The notes: a model not told the origin generated them from the letters alone. 64,000 nt of DNA from Chloroflexota bacterium (GCA_052388515.1 JBQTHZ010000022.1:25102-89101); one strand, 5' to 3'. Numbered from the stretch's first letter, positions 49,904 to 60,146 are shown. Translations and numbers: made by a program.

Positions 49904-51316
49904 TCAGCCGACCGCGCCTTCCATCTGAAGCTGGATGAGGCGGTTCATCTCGACCGCATACTCCATGGGCAGCTCCTTGACGATCGGCTCGATGAAGCCG
50001 TTGACGATCATGGCGGAGGCCTCCGCTTCCGACAGACCGCGGCTCATCAGGTAGAAGAGCTGCTCGGACCCGACCTTGGAAACCGTCGCCTCGTGACCGA
50101 TGGTCACGTTCTCCTCGTCGATCTCCATGTACGGGTACGTATCCGAGCGCGCGTCGTCGTCGAGGATCAGCGCGTCGCAGCGAACGGTCGACTTCGAGCG
50201 TTCGCAGCCGGGATAGACCTTGATCAACCCGCGGTAGGACGTGCGCCCGGTGCCTCGCGAGATGGACTTCGAGGTGATCAGGCTGGTCGTGTTGGGGGCC
50301 GCGTGGATGATCTTGCCGCCGGCATCCTGGTGCTGGCCGTCGCCGGCGAAGGCGATGCTGAGCACCTCGCCGTGCGCCCGCTCGCCGAGCAGGTAGATGG
50401 ATGGGTACTTCATCGTGACCTTCGAGCCGAGGTTGCCGTCGACCCACTCCATCACCGCATCCTCGTGCGCCACGGCGCGCTTGGTGACGAGGTTGTAGAC
50501 GTTCGAGCTCCAGTTCTGGATCGTCGTGTATCGGACCCGCGCGCCCTTCTTGACGATGATCTCGACGACCGCGCTGTGCAGGCTGGCGGTCGAATACGTC
50601 GGCGCGGTGCAGCCCTCGACGTAGTGAACGCTGGAACCCTCGTCCGCGATGATCAGCGTCCGCTCGAACTGGCCCATGTTCTGGGTGTTGATGCGGAAGT
50701 AGGCCTGCAGGGGCAGCTCGACGTGCACGCCCTTCGGCACGTAGATGAACGATCCACCCGACCAGACCGCGGTGTTCAGCGCGGCGAGCTTGTTGTCGTT
50801 GGCCGGGATGACCGTGCCGAAGTGCTCGCGGAACAGCTCGGGGTGCTCCTTGAGGGCCTGGTCGGTGCCCATGAAGATGACGCCCTGCTTCTCGAGGTCC
50901 TCGCGGATGTTGTGGTAGATGACCTCGGAGTCGTACTGGCCGCCGACGCCGGCGAGGTACTTCTTCTCCGCCTCCGGGATACCGAGCTTGTCATACGTGC
51001 GGCGGATGTAGTCGGGCACGTCATCCCACGACTGGGCGGCCCCCTCCTGGTTGCCGGTGACGTAGTAGTAGATGTCCTGGAAGTCGATCCCGGACAGGTC
51101 CGCACCCCACTTCGGCATCGGGCGCGCGTCGAAGTGCCGATACGCCTTCAGGCGAAGGTCGGTCATCCACGTCGGCTCGTCCTTGATGCGGCTGATCTCC
51201 GCCACGACCTCGGCGCTGATCCCCTTGGCGAAGGTCGTGCGAGGCTGCTCGGCATCGTGCCAGCCATACTTGTACGAGTCGGGAATCTGGGTCAGGGCGG
51301 GATTGGGAAGGGCCAT
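49904..51316 (-). CDS. sufB: Fe-S cluster assembly protein SufB
   Basis: SufB signatures KYGWHD and LFYLMSRGL, 470 aa. Confidence 0.9.
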   Translation of the reverse strand: MALPNPALTQIPDSYKYGWHDAEQPRTTFAKGISAEVVAEISRIKDEPTWMTDLRLKAYRHFDARPMPKWGADLSGIDFQDIYYYVTGNQEGAAQSWDDVPDYIRRTYDKLGIPEAEKKYLAGVGGQYDSEVIYHNIREDLEKQGVIFMGTDQALKEHPELFREHFGTVIPANDNKLAALNTAVWSGGSFIYVPKGVHVELPLQAYFRINTQNMGQFERTLIIADEGSSVHYVEGCTAPTYSTASLHSAVVEIIVKKGARVRYTTIQNWSSNVYNLVTKRAVAHEDAVMEWVDGNLGSKVTMKYPSIYLLGERAHGEVLSIAFAGDGQHQDAGGKIIHAAPNTTSLITSKSISRGTGRTSYRGLIKVYPGCERSKSTVRCDALILDDDARSDTYPYMEIDEENVTIGHEATVSKVGSEQLFYLMSRGLSEAEASAMIVNGFIEPIVKELPMEYAVEMNRLIQLQMEGAVG

Positions 51317-51433
51317 GCGCTCCTCGCGGACTCACGCCGGAATCGCCTCGCGGAGCGAATCCCGACTGAATTGGTCGGTGTTACGAGCTCATTGTCCTGC
51401 ACCTCGCTCGTCCGGTCAACCGACCGGCGGTGG

Positions 51434-52597
51434 TCACCGTGCCGCAGCCGACACCTCCTGCAGGGACGCTCCGCCAGCCACGAGCCGGCGGCCGATATCG
51501 GCCGAGAGCGCACCATCGATGCTTGCCAGGCCGATCACGCGCTCGCCGTGACGGGAGGCGAGCAGCCGATCCCGGATCAGCCACTCCTCGGTCTCCCCTC
51601 CGTCCAGGGTGCCGATGACGTCCAGCGTTGCGCCGCCGATCTCGGTGAAGACCCACGGCGAGGGGACCGCGGGTACCGGCAACCCGATCATCGAGAGCGC
51701 CGCGCGCTCGCCTGCCTCACGCGCCGCGTGCCAGTGCTCGACGCGCTGACCGTTCACGCGGGCGACGTCGCCGGCCGCCCACACCGCCGGATGGTCCGTG
51801 CGCTGCCCGACGTCCACCAGGATCCCGTCTCGTGTCGCAATGCCGGCGGCCACCGCCAGCTCCTGGCGCGGAAGCACCCCGATTCCCGCCACGACGAACG
51901 TGGCGGGAAGGCGTTCGTCGTGGATCCAGGCCGCGTCGTCCGAAAGGCGGCTGATGGCGGACGCGAGGCGCAGCTCCACGCCGGTGCCGGCGAGCCGATT
52001 CGCTGCCCAGCCAGCCAGGCCGAGTCCCATCGTCCCACCCCACAGGCTGGATGACATCTCGACGACTGTCGGCCGCAGCCCGAGGGCGGCCAATGCGGAA
52101 GCGACCTCGAGGCCGATGAACCCGCCACCGACGACGACCGCCGGCGCGCCCGGCGCCGCAGCGATCGCCGCGGCGCGAATGCGGCGCGCGTCCGCCACGG
52201 TCCGCAGCGGCAACGCCGTCACGGCGCCCGGGATCCGGAGCCGGCGAAGCTCCGCTCCGGTAGCCAGCAGGCACCGTTCGAACGTGATGGATCGACCGTC
52301 GGACGTGGTCACTCGCCGCGCGTCGGGCTCGAGGCGGGTGACGTGCGCGCCGGTCCAGAGCTCGATGGAGCGCCGCGTGTACCACGAGCCGGACTCGGCA
52401 GCCAGCAGCTCGTCCGGCAGGTCGTCGCGGAGCAGCTCCTTGCTGAGCGGCGGACGGTTGTACGGTGGATGCTCCTCGGAACCGACGATCAGGATCGATC
52501 CGTCGAACCCGTGGCGCCGGAGCGTGCGGGCGCAGCGAACCGACGCGACGCCGCCCCCGACCAGGAGGACGTCGACTGCATGGTCAGTCCGGGGCAT
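51434..52597 (-). CDS. FAD/NAD(P)-dependent ferredoxin reductase (pyridine nucleotide-disulfide oxidoreductase family)
   Basis: FAD Rossmann VLLVGGGVASV and NAD Rossmann VVVGGGFIGLE. Ends 118 nt upstream of sufB on the same strand. Confidence 0.75.
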   Translation of the reverse strand: MPRTDHAVDVLLVGGGVASVRCARTLRRHGFDGSILIVGSEEHPPYNRPPLSKELLRDDLPDELLAAESGSWYTRRSIELWTGAHVTRLEPDARRVTTSDGRSITFERCLLATGAELRRLRIPGAVTALPLRTVADARRIRAAAIAAAPGAPAVVVGGGFIGLEVASALAALGLRPTVVEMSSSLWGGTMGLGLAGWAANRLAGTGVELRLASAISRLSDDAAWIHDERLPATFVVAGIGVLPRQELAVAAGIATRDGILVDVGQRTDHPAVWAAGDVARVNGQRVEHWHAAREAGERAALSMIGLPVPAVPSPWVFTEIGGATLDVIGTLDGGETEEWLIRDRLLASRHGERVIGLASIDGALSADIGRRLVAGGASLQEVSAAAR

Positions 52598-53621
52598 CGA
52601 CCATGTCCGCGCGCAGCATCGTCGGGACCAGGCGGTCGCGGAGAAGGCGCTGAAGACCAGCCGTCTGGCCGGTCATCACCAGCCAGCCCCGGACGAGGGG
52701 CGGGCCTGCCGCCCGCGCAAGGCTGTGAGCGCGAGCCATGGGATCCCGCCAGCGATCGATGAGCGCATCCGTGCGCGGCGCGTCCGTGCCCAGTGCGGCG
52801 ACCTCGCGACGAACGTTCCGGAGCGGCGAGGCACGTGCCGCAGCGGCAAACGAAGGTGCCAGCTCGTCCAGCGCGCGGTGGACGGCCACGATCCGCGCCC
52901 CGTTCCACCGCGTCCCGACGCCGCGCCCCATGCGCTCGATCTCGTACGCGAGCTCGTGATCGGCCAGCAGGACCTCGCGGCCCACGGCGGCCAGCCCGCA
53001 GTCGACTGTGGTCTCCGGCGATGGGGACCACTCCGGAGCGGGGCGCCGCATGAGCTGGACGAGGTGCCGCCCGGGATACGCCTGCGTCGAGATCACGCGA
53101 ACGAGGCGATCGGCGGTCCACGCCGCCCCGCGGTTGAGGACGAGCGTGCCCGGGTCGAGCTTGGAGCGCCAGGCTTCGGCCGGTCGATCGACGAACTTCA
53201 GGCTCAGCGCATGGTCGACCGAGAGCTCCAGGTCCTCGGCGGCGCGACCCTGGAGCACCCGGAGCATCCCCTCGGCTGCCCGCTCGAGCGCACCGGCGAG
53301 GATGGTCATGCCGGCGTCGTGGGTGGCCAACCGCTCGCCCAGCGTGCCGGGACCGGCGAGGAGCTCGTCCAGGCGCCCCACTGCCGTGTCACTGACGGGC
53401 GGAGCGGAGCAATCGACGATCGATTCGAGATGCGGCTCGGACCCGTCCACGGCCCGGAAGGCGGCCGCCAGCGCACGAGCCTGGACGCGCAGCCAGCTCG
53501 AGTCGGCCTCGGCAGCGACCGCTTCCGCGTCGGCCGCAAGCCGGTCAGCGTCGAATGCCCCCTGCCGGGCGGCGCCGAACGCGGCGACGAGGCGCGCATA
53601 TCGGCCCAGGAGGTCATCCAC
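52584..53621 (-). CDS. Hypothetical protein
   Basis: Long ORF with coding-like composition and no recognisable motif. Overlaps the reductase start by 14 nt. Confidence 0.4.
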   Translation of the reverse strand: MDDLLGRYARLVAAFGAARQGAFDADRLAADAEAVAAEADSSWLRVQARALAAAFRAVDGSEPHLESIVDCSAPPVSDTAVGRLDELLAGPGTLGERLATHDAGMTILAGALERAAEGMLRVLQGRAAEDLELSVDHALSLKFVDRPAEAWRSKLDPGTLVLNRGAAWTADRLVRVISTQAYPGRHLVQLMRRPAPEWSPSPETTVDCGLAAVGREVLLADHELAYEIERMGRGVGTRWNGARIVAVHRALDELAPSFAAAARASPLRNVRREVAALGTDAPRTDALIDRWRDPMARAHSLARAAGPPLVRGWLVMTGQTAGLQRLLRDRLVPTMLRADMVDAPD

Positions 53622-53656
53622 TCCCCCATGCTACCGGCGCGGCTAGACTCGGTCCG

Positions 53657-54520
53657 ATGCCGCTCCCCGATGGCCTCCGCCTGCGCGATGCCGACGCCGC
53701 CGACCTGTCGCGCATCGCCAGGCTGCGCGAAGGGGTCGGCTGGTCGGTGCATGACTGGGCGCTGCGTGCCGTGCTCCAGGGACCGCAGGCACGATGCCTG
53801 GTCGTGGTCGACGACAACGAGCTCGTGGTCGGCGTCGGCTCGGGGATCAGCTATGGAAGGCTCGGGTTCGTCGGCAACATGGTCGTGGACACCGACCATC
53901 GCCGGCGGGGAATCGGCGCCGCGATCCTGCGGGCGGTGGTCGGGTTCCTGGAGGAACGCGGCACGACACGCATGGAGCTGTATGCGACCGCCGACGGGCG
54001 ACCGCTCTACGCGCGCCACGGCTTCGAGCTGACCGGACCGAGTGCCATGGTTCGCGTCCCTCGCGGATTGGTCGTGCGCGTCGACGATGGGATCACCCTG
54101 GACGAAGCCAGCGCGGATGCCGACGCCGACCTGGCCGCGTACGATGCGCCGCGCTTCGGTGGCGACCGCGGCATGGTGCTCCGAGAGGCGCTCGACGATC
54201 CCGACAGGCCGCTCATCCTCGCTCGACGGGATGGCGAGATCCTGGGGTACGGCTGGATCCGCCCGGACGGCGAGCGCATCGGTCCCCTTGTGGCCGATAC
54301 GCCCGAGGTCGCCGCAGCCATCATCGGCGATGCGTTCGACCGGATGCCACGGGCCGATGAGCTGACGCTGAATCTGCCGTCCGACAACGTCGCCGGCGCT
54401 GCCTGGCTGGCAGCGCGTGGCGCGGACCTTGCCCCGTGGGACGGCCGGATGGCGCGCGGACCTGAGATCCCCCGCCGCGGCGACACGATCTACGGCAACG
54501 TGGTGGGGGCGCTCGGGTGA
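53657..54520 (+). CDS. GNAT family acetyltransferase (two-lobed)
   Basis: RRRGIGAAILRAV acetyl-CoA motif. Start at the ATG 53657. Confidence 0.65.
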   Translation: MPLPDGLRLRDADAADLSRIARLREGVGWSVHDWALRAVLQGPQARCLVVVDDNELVVGVGSGISYGRLGFVGNMVVDTDHRRRGIGAAILRAVVGFLEERGTTRMELYATADGRPLYARHGFELTGPSAMVRVPRGLVVRVDDGITLDEASADADADLAAYDAPRFGGDRGMVLREALDDPDRPLILARRDGEILGYGWIRPDGERIGPLVADTPEVAAAIIGDAFDRMPRADELTLNLPSDNVAGAAWLAARGADLAPWDGRMARGPEIPRRGDTIYGNVVGALG

Positions 54521-55443
54521 CCATGACGACCGGCCTCGTGCTCCGAGCGAGGTCCGGGTTCTACACGATCGCGACCGCCGAAGGCGACCTGGTCGAGGCG
54601 CGGCTGCGCGGGCGCGTGAAGAAGGAGCGGCAAGCTTCCGACCTCGCCGTGATCGGCGACCGGGTCACAATGGAGCGCCTCGACGACGGGACGGGTGCCA
54701 TCGACTCCGTCGAGCCGCGCCACGGCCGCTTCAGCCGTCGCCAGCCCGGCCCGCGCGGCGCGTGGCGCGAGGACGTGATCGTGGCCAACCCGGACCTGGT
54801 GGTCGTCGTGTTCTCGGCCGACCGGCCGCCACCGAACCCCCGCCTCATCGACCGTTTTCTCGTCATCGCGGAGTACAACGAGGTCCCGGTGTTGCTGGTG
54901 GCCAACAAGGTCGACCTGGTCGGGACCGATGCAGCCCGCTCCCTGTTCGGGCCGTACGAACGCATCGGGTATGACCTGCTGTATACCAGCGCCAGGACCG
55001 ATATCGGTCTCGAGGAGCTGCGTGGTCGCCTGGCCCGCAAGCTGGCGATCGTCACCGGCCCGTCGGGCGTCGGCAAGTCGACGCTGTTGAACGCCTTGCA
55101 GCCGGGTCTTCAGCTCGCGACCGCCGAGGTTTCCGACGTGCTCAGCGGTAAGGGAAAGCACACCACCACCCACGCCGAGCTGCATCCGCTCGATGGATCC
55201 GGCGGCGGATACGTCGCCGATACGCCGGGCATCCGGGAGCTTGGCCTGTGGCAGATTCCATCCACCGAGCTGGCTTCGTGCTTCCCCGAGTTCCGCCCGC
55301 ATCTCGGCGCGTGCGCGTTCAACGACTGCACCCACCTGCACGAGCCGCGCTGCGGCCTTCGTGCGGCCGTGGATGCGGGTGTGGTCTCCGAGGCTCGGTA
55401 CGACTCGTATCGGCGACTGGCGACCGGCGATCTGGCGGGCTGA
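54517..55443 (+). CDS. rsgA: Ribosome small-subunit biogenesis GTPase RsgA
   Basis: OB domain, GTPase in circularly permuted order (NKVDL before GPSGVGKST), and zinc finger CAFNDCTHLHEPRC. Confidence 0.85.
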   Translation: MTMTTGLVLRARSGFYTIATAEGDLVEARLRGRVKKERQASDLAVIGDRVTMERLDDGTGAIDSVEPRHGRFSRRQPGPRGAWREDVIVANPDLVVVVFSADRPPPNPRLIDRFLVIAEYNEVPVLLVANKVDLVGTDAARSLFGPYERIGYDLLYTSARTDIGLEELRGRLARKLAIVTGPSGVGKSTLLNALQPGLQLATAEVSDVLSGKGKHTTTHAELHPLDGSGGGYVADTPGIRELGLWQIPSTELASCFPEFRPHLGACAFNDCTHLHEPRCGLRAAVDAGVVSEARYDSYRRLATGDLAG

Positions 55444-55444
55444 G

Positions 55445-56143
55445 ATGGAGATCGCCCCGGGCGTCCATCACGTGCGTCTGCCGGGGGTGGACACGTTCAT
55501 CGTCGCCGAGCCCGGACGACCCGTGACGCTGATCGACGCCGGCATGTTCTGGTCGCGCTCGCCGATCGAGCGGCACCTGCGGCGGATCGGACGCCGCCGG
55601 GACGAGATCGAGCGGATCGTCTGCACGCATGGGCACCCGGACCACATCGGAGGCATCCGGCGGTTGCTCCAGGGACGGCCGGAGGCATCGGTCCTGATGC
55701 ATTCGGCAGACATCGCCGGCCTGCGGATCAGCCCGCGCCAGGCACTGCGCCGGACCACGGACGGCGTCGCGCGACGCGTCCGGCTGCTCGATCTCCTCAC
55801 GCGAGCTCCAGAACGTCTCGAGCCGATCGAGGACGGCGACGAGATCCCGGTGCTGGGCGGGCTCAGGGTGGTCCATACGCCCGGGCATACTCCGGGAAGC
55901 ATCTGCCTCTATGCCGAGCGTCATCGGCTGCTCTTCACCGGCGATGTGCTTCAGGTGATCAGGGGACGCCTCACCTATGCCAACGCCTTCTTCAGCCACG
56001 ACATGAACCAGGCGCGGGCGACCCTGGCGAGGCTGGCGGAGCTCGATGTCGAAACGATCGCCATGGCGCACTACCGCCCCTGGCGCGACCACGCAGGTCT
56101 CGCGCTCCGCGCCCTGGCGGCCGGCAGCACGATCACGCGGTAG
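55445..56143 (+). CDS. MBL-fold metallo-hydrolase
   Basis: HxHxDH motif CTHGHPDHIGG and HTPGHTPG. Confidence 0.75.
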   Translation: MEIAPGVHHVRLPGVDTFIVAEPGRPVTLIDAGMFWSRSPIERHLRRIGRRRDEIERIVCTHGHPDHIGGIRRLLQGRPEASVLMHSADIAGLRISPRQALRRTTDGVARRVRLLDLLTRAPERLEPIEDGDEIPVLGGLRVVHTPGHTPGSICLYAERHRLLFTGDVLQVIRGRLTYANAFFSHDMNQARATLARLAELDVETIAMAHYRPWRDHAGLALRALAAGSTITR

Positions 56144-56300
56144 CCCTGGCCCGACGTCGTTCGATCAGTACTCAAGTGCTGTTGAGGCGGATGGCAGCGG
56201 CAATCACTGTCTGGACACCGGCCCAATCCAGCGTCAATATCGCGCTGGCCGATCATCTGGGGGCCGATCAAGGTCCGACGTCGGACGGAGGAATCGACCG

Positions 56301-57314
56301 TTGCCCGAGCAATCCCTCGAAGGGATGCCCGGAGTCGCCGAACGAGCGAGCCGGGATGTCCGGACGCGCCCCTCGACGGAGCACGGCCCCGCACCTATCG
56401 AGCATCGCCCCGCGGATCCCCGCCTGGTCGGTTTCGCCGATGAGCCGCGTGACCACCGTCTCTACCGTCGCATGCGGTTCATTCGGCGGTTCGAAGAGCG
56501 CCTGCTCGACCTGTTCGAAGAGGGCGTGCTCAACGGCACGACGCACGCGTGCATCGGCCAGGAGGCGGACTGCGTCGGCGTGATCGAGCATCTGCGGCCG
56601 GGCGACCACATCTTCAGCAATCACCGTTGCCATGGCCACTACCTCGCCTGGACCGGCGACGCGATCGGGCTGCTTGCCGAGATCATGGGCAAGGCGGCAG
56701 GCGTGTGCGGCGGGATCGGTGGCAGCCAGCACCTGTGCACGAGCGGGTTCAAGTCCAACGGCATCCTCGGCGGCACGGCCCCCGCCGCGGCAGGGATCGC
56801 GCTTGGCATGAAGCTCTCGAAGAGCGACGCCGTCAGCGTCGCCTTCATCGGCGACGGGACCTTCGGGGAGGGGGTCCTGTACGAGACGCTGAACATCGCC
56901 TCGCTCTGGGCGTTGCCCCTCCTGATCGTCGTCGAGAACAACGGCTACGCGCAGAGCACGCCGATCGCGGCCAACCTGGCCGGCGACATCCCCGCCCGGA
57001 TCCGGGCGTTCGGCATCCAGGCATCGCACCTTGACTCGACCGACGTCCGCGAGATCGAGGCCGAGGCAGCACGGCTGGTTGGCGCCGTGCGCGAGGCGCG
57101 GACCCCGCGAGCCCTCGTGATCGACACGTACCGGCTCTGCCATCACTCGAAGAGCGACGACAACCGACCCGAGGCGGAAGTCGCCGAACGGTGGCTGCGC
57201 GAGCCGCTCGTCATCCAGGCTGCGCATCTCACCGAGGAGAGTCGCCTGGGCATCGACCGCGCGGTGGAGGACGCCATCGACGAGATGATCGACGCGGCCC
57301 GGGCACTGCCCTGA
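56301..57314 (+). CDS. ThDP-dependent 2-oxoacid dehydrogenase E1 component, alpha subunit
   Basis: ThDP motif GDGTFGEGVLYETLN...LIVVENNGYAQST. Start uncertain: TTG 56301 with a GGAGGA RBS, or ATG 56325. Confidence 0.8.
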   Translation: MPEQSLEGMPGVAERASRDVRTRPSTEHGPAPIEHRPADPRLVGFADEPRDHRLYRRMRFIRRFEERLLDLFEEGVLNGTTHACIGQEADCVGVIEHLRPGDHIFSNHRCHGHYLAWTGDAIGLLAEIMGKAAGVCGGIGGSQHLCTSGFKSNGILGGTAPAAAGIALGMKLSKSDAVSVAFIGDGTFGEGVLYETLNIASLWALPLLIVVENNGYAQSTPIAANLAGDIPARIRAFGIQASHLDSTDVREIEAEAARLVGAVREARTPRALVIDTYRLCHHSKSDDNRPEAEVAERWLREPLVIQAAHLTEESRLGIDRAVEDAIDEMIDAARALP

Positions 57315-58321
57315 TGCTCGTTCATGACCTGAACGCTGCCCTCGGGCAGCTCCTTCGCGAGGACCCGCGGGTGGTCGTCATGGGCGAGGACATCGCCGAC
57401 CCCTACGGCGGCGCCTTCAAGGTGACGCGTGGCCTGACCGACGCGGTGCCGGAGCGTGTCCTCACCACGCCGGTCAGTGAGGGCGCCATCGTCGGCGTGG
57501 CCGCCGGGTTGGCCATGTCGGGCTATCGGCCGATCGTGGAGGTCATGTTCGCCGACTTCCTGACCCTCACCTTCGACCAGGTCGTCAACCACGTGACGAA
57601 GTACCCCGCCATGTACGACGGCAAGGTGACCTGTCCGGTGATCATTCGCAGCCCGTCTGGAGGCCACCGCGGCTACGGGCCGACGCACAGCCAGAGCCCG
57701 GAAAAGCACTTTCTCGGCGTTCCGAACCTCCTGGTCGTGGCCTCGTCCCCGTATCACGATCCGCTCGCGGTGTACCGGGCCCTCCTCCAGCGGGACGATG
57801 CGGTGCTGTTCGTCGAGCACAAGCTCCTCTATCCGGAGCCGCTCTCGGCACCCGTGGGCGGTCGCATCGGGGAGGCGCTCGGCCGCGAGGAGTCCTCAGC
57901 GGGCTGCCTTCCGACGGTCGCGCTCTCGTGGGTCCCGCCCGAGGATTGCACGGTCACCGTCCTGGCCTACGGGTACACGGCGCTGATCGCCGCGCGGGTG
58001 CTCGAGCGTCTTGCGATCGAAGAGGAGATCTTCGGCGAGCTGCTGGTACCGGCCCAGATTGCGCCGATGGACCTGGGGCCGGTCGAGGCCTCCGTGCGTC
58101 GGACGCGCAGCCTGCTCACCATCGAGGAGGGGACGGCGGGCTGGGCGTGGGGAACCGAGATCGCCCAGCAGATCGGCCACCGGCACTTCGGCCAGCTGCG
58201 CCGGCCAGTCGACGTGCTTGCCAGCGCCGCGACCATCATCCCCAGCAGCCGTGAGCGGGAGGAGCTGGTGCTCGTCAGCCCTGCCGACATGCGGTCCCGC
58301 ATCCGCGAGGCGGCGACATGA
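57314..58321 (+). CDS. 2-oxoacid dehydrogenase E1 component, beta subunit (transketolase-like)
   Basis: VVMGEDIADPYGGAFKVTRGL...PVSEGAIVGVAAGLAMSG are E1-beta signatures. Start overlaps the E1-alpha stop. Confidence 0.85.
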   Translation: MLVHDLNAALGQLLREDPRVVVMGEDIADPYGGAFKVTRGLTDAVPERVLTTPVSEGAIVGVAAGLAMSGYRPIVEVMFADFLTLTFDQVVNHVTKYPAMYDGKVTCPVIIRSPSGGHRGYGPTHSQSPEKHFLGVPNLLVVASSPYHDPLAVYRALLQRDDAVLFVEHKLLYPEPLSAPVGGRIGEALGREESSAGCLPTVALSWVPPEDCTVTVLAYGYTALIAARVLERLAIEEEIFGELLVPAQIAPMDLGPVEASVRRTRSLLTIEEGTAGWAWGTEIAQQIGHRHFGQLRRPVDVLASAATIIPSSREREELVLVSPADMRSRIREAAT

Positions 58322-59460
58322 CGCCGGTCCTGATTCCCTGGACCGATGTCAACAGCGAGGCGGCCACGGTGGTTGCGTGGCACGTCCCCGATCGCTCGCG
58401 CGTGAGCTCGGGTTCTGCGCTGGTGGACGTCGAGACGAGCAAGGCCGCGCTGGAGATCGAGGCCGGTGCAGACGGCGTCCTCCTGCAGCTGGTTGCTGCC
58501 GGCCACGACGTGACCGTCGGTGAACCCGTCGCCATCGTCTTCGACGACGAGACAGCGCTGGAGGCATTCGTCCACGCAAGAGCAACGGAAGCCTCCACCT
58601 CTCTCGACGCCGGCGGCGATGGCGCGGGCCCTCGGGCGACGGCCAAGGCGCGGGAGCGTGCCGACGAGCTTGGCGTGGATCTCGCCACCATCCCGGCAAC
58701 CGGGCTGATCACCGTGCGACATGTCGAGGAGGCGGCCGGCTCCGCCCCCGAGCCCGTCCAGGACGCGGCCGAGCCCCTGGCGGGCGACGACAGGACAGAG
58801 CGGCTCCTGCTGATCGGCGCGGGCCTGGGCGCCACCCAGGTGCTCGACATCCTGGCCGGCACGCCCGGCCAATCGGCGATCGGCATCGTCGACGACAACA
58901 CGTCGTTCTGGGGTCGCACCATCCGCGGGCTGCCCGTGGTCGGCGGCAGCGCCGCCATCGCCGCGCTGTGGGAACGATCGGCCATGGATGCCGTCGTGAT
59001 CACGATCAGCACGTCGATCGAGGCCCGGGCGCGACTTCGCGGCATCTGCCAGGCCGCCGGGATCCCGCTCGCCAATGTCGTGGACGCGACCGCGAAGATC
59101 GCCACGGGGGTCCGGATGGGGAGCGGCAACGTAATCTGTGCGTTCGTCCAGGTCGGAACCGAGACCGTGCTCGGTGACAACAACTTCCTGTCGGCGTTCA
59201 ACAGCTTTGACCACCACAACGTCATCGGCTGCGACATCTCCACCGGGCCGGGATGCATGACCTCGGGCGAGGTCGTGATCGAGGATGGCGTACGGCTGGG
59301 CACCGGCGTCTTCGTGGAGCCCAAGCTCACGCTCGGAGCGCGTGCGGTGGTCGCCTCGGGTTCGGTCATCGTCCACTCGGTGCCTGCCGATCACGCGGTG
59401 AAGACCAAGGTCGTCACCACGACCGTGGTTCCCATCCGGCGCGGCGGATCGTCCGCGTGA
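58318..59460 (+). CDS. Lipoyl domain + E3-binding domain fused to a PglD/NeuD-type left-handed beta-helix acyltransferase (atypical E2)
   Basis: Lipoyl-lysine context VDVETSKAALEIEA, a PSBD-like segment, then LLLIGAGLGATQVLDIL (the PglD/NeuD N-terminal Rossmann-like subdomain) and hexapeptide repeats carrying a DHH-type His. No chloramphenicol-acetyltransferase-like E2 core is present. ATG overlaps the E1-beta TGA. Confidence 0.7.
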   Translation: MTPVLIPWTDVNSEAATVVAWHVPDRSRVSSGSALVDVETSKAALEIEAGADGVLLQLVAAGHDVTVGEPVAIVFDDETALEAFVHARATEASTSLDAGGDGAGPRATAKARERADELGVDLATIPATGLITVRHVEEAAGSAPEPVQDAAEPLAGDDRTERLLLIGAGLGATQVLDILAGTPGQSAIGIVDDNTSFWGRTIRGLPVVGGSAAIAALWERSAMDAVVITISTSIEARARLRGICQAAGIPLANVVDATAKIATGVRMGSGNVICAFVQVGTETVLGDNNFLSAFNSFDHHNVIGCDISTGPGCMTSGEVVIEDGVRLGTGVFVEPKLTLGARAVVASGSVIVHSVPADHAVKTKVVTTTVVPIRRGGSSA

Positions 59461-60137
59461 GCGACACCGGCGACGGCGACGACGGCCGCACGAGGTCGGA
59501 GATCGTCGTCACGGCGCTTGTCATCTGGGCACCGTTGCTGGTGGTTCTCGGTGGAGCGCTGCTGCTCACGTCGACCACGGAGGTGACCGTCCGCCAGCTC
59601 ACACAGGACCCGACGACGGTGCTCGGCGGTCCGTTCTATGTCGGTGCGCTGTCGAACCTCGGCAATGTGCTCTGGGCGGCCGCCGCGACGGCCTGCCTGG
59701 TCACCGCCCTGGCGCTGCGCTCGCTCATCGACGCTGGGTGGCGCCGGTTCATGCTCGTCTCGGGGATCTTCACAACGGTCCTGCTGGCGGACGATCTCTT
59801 CCTCATCCACGACGAGATCCTGCCGCGGTACGCCGGCATCAGCGGCGAGCTGTACGGCATCGTGTACGTGGTCGGCATGCTGGCCTACCTCGGCGGCTTC
59901 CGCCGGCGGATCGCAGAGACCAACTGGACGCTTCTCCTGGCTGCGCTCGTGTGCTTCGGTATCTCCACCGTGGTCGATCTCGGGTCGTCGCGACTCAGCG
60001 AGATCGTCGCATCGTCGATCGTGATCCTCGCCGAGGACGGGGCGAAGATCCTGGGAATTGGCACCTGGCTCGCCTACTTCGTGTCGGTGAGCCGACAGGC
60101 GATCGTCAGCGGGCCGCCGCGGTTCCAGACCGCCTGA
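59457..60137 (+). CDS. Hypothetical polytopic membrane protein, translationally coupled to the atypical E2
   Basis: GTG start overlaps the TGA (GTGA). About 6 hydrophobic helices. Confidence 0.5.
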   Translation: MSDTGDGDDGRTRSEIVVTALVIWAPLLVVLGGALLLTSTTEVTVRQLTQDPTTVLGGPFYVGALSNLGNVLWAAAATACLVTALALRSLIDAGWRRFMLVSGIFTTVLLADDLFLIHDEILPRYAGISGELYGIVYVVGMLAYLGGFRRRIAETNWTLLLAALVCFGISTVVDLGSSRLSEIVASSIVILAEDGAKILGIGTWLAYFVSVSRQAIVSGPPRFQTA

Positions 60138-60146
60138 CGGGTTGCT

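Noticed and set aside
56046-56300. Upstream part of the ORF-track E1-alpha frame (starts 56046, overlapping the MBL hydrolase gene)
   Set aside because: It would overlap the preceding gene by about 100 nt and encodes an Arg/Ser-rich leader. A TTG at 56301 with a GGAGGA RBS, or the ATG at 56325, gives a conventional E1-alpha N-terminus.
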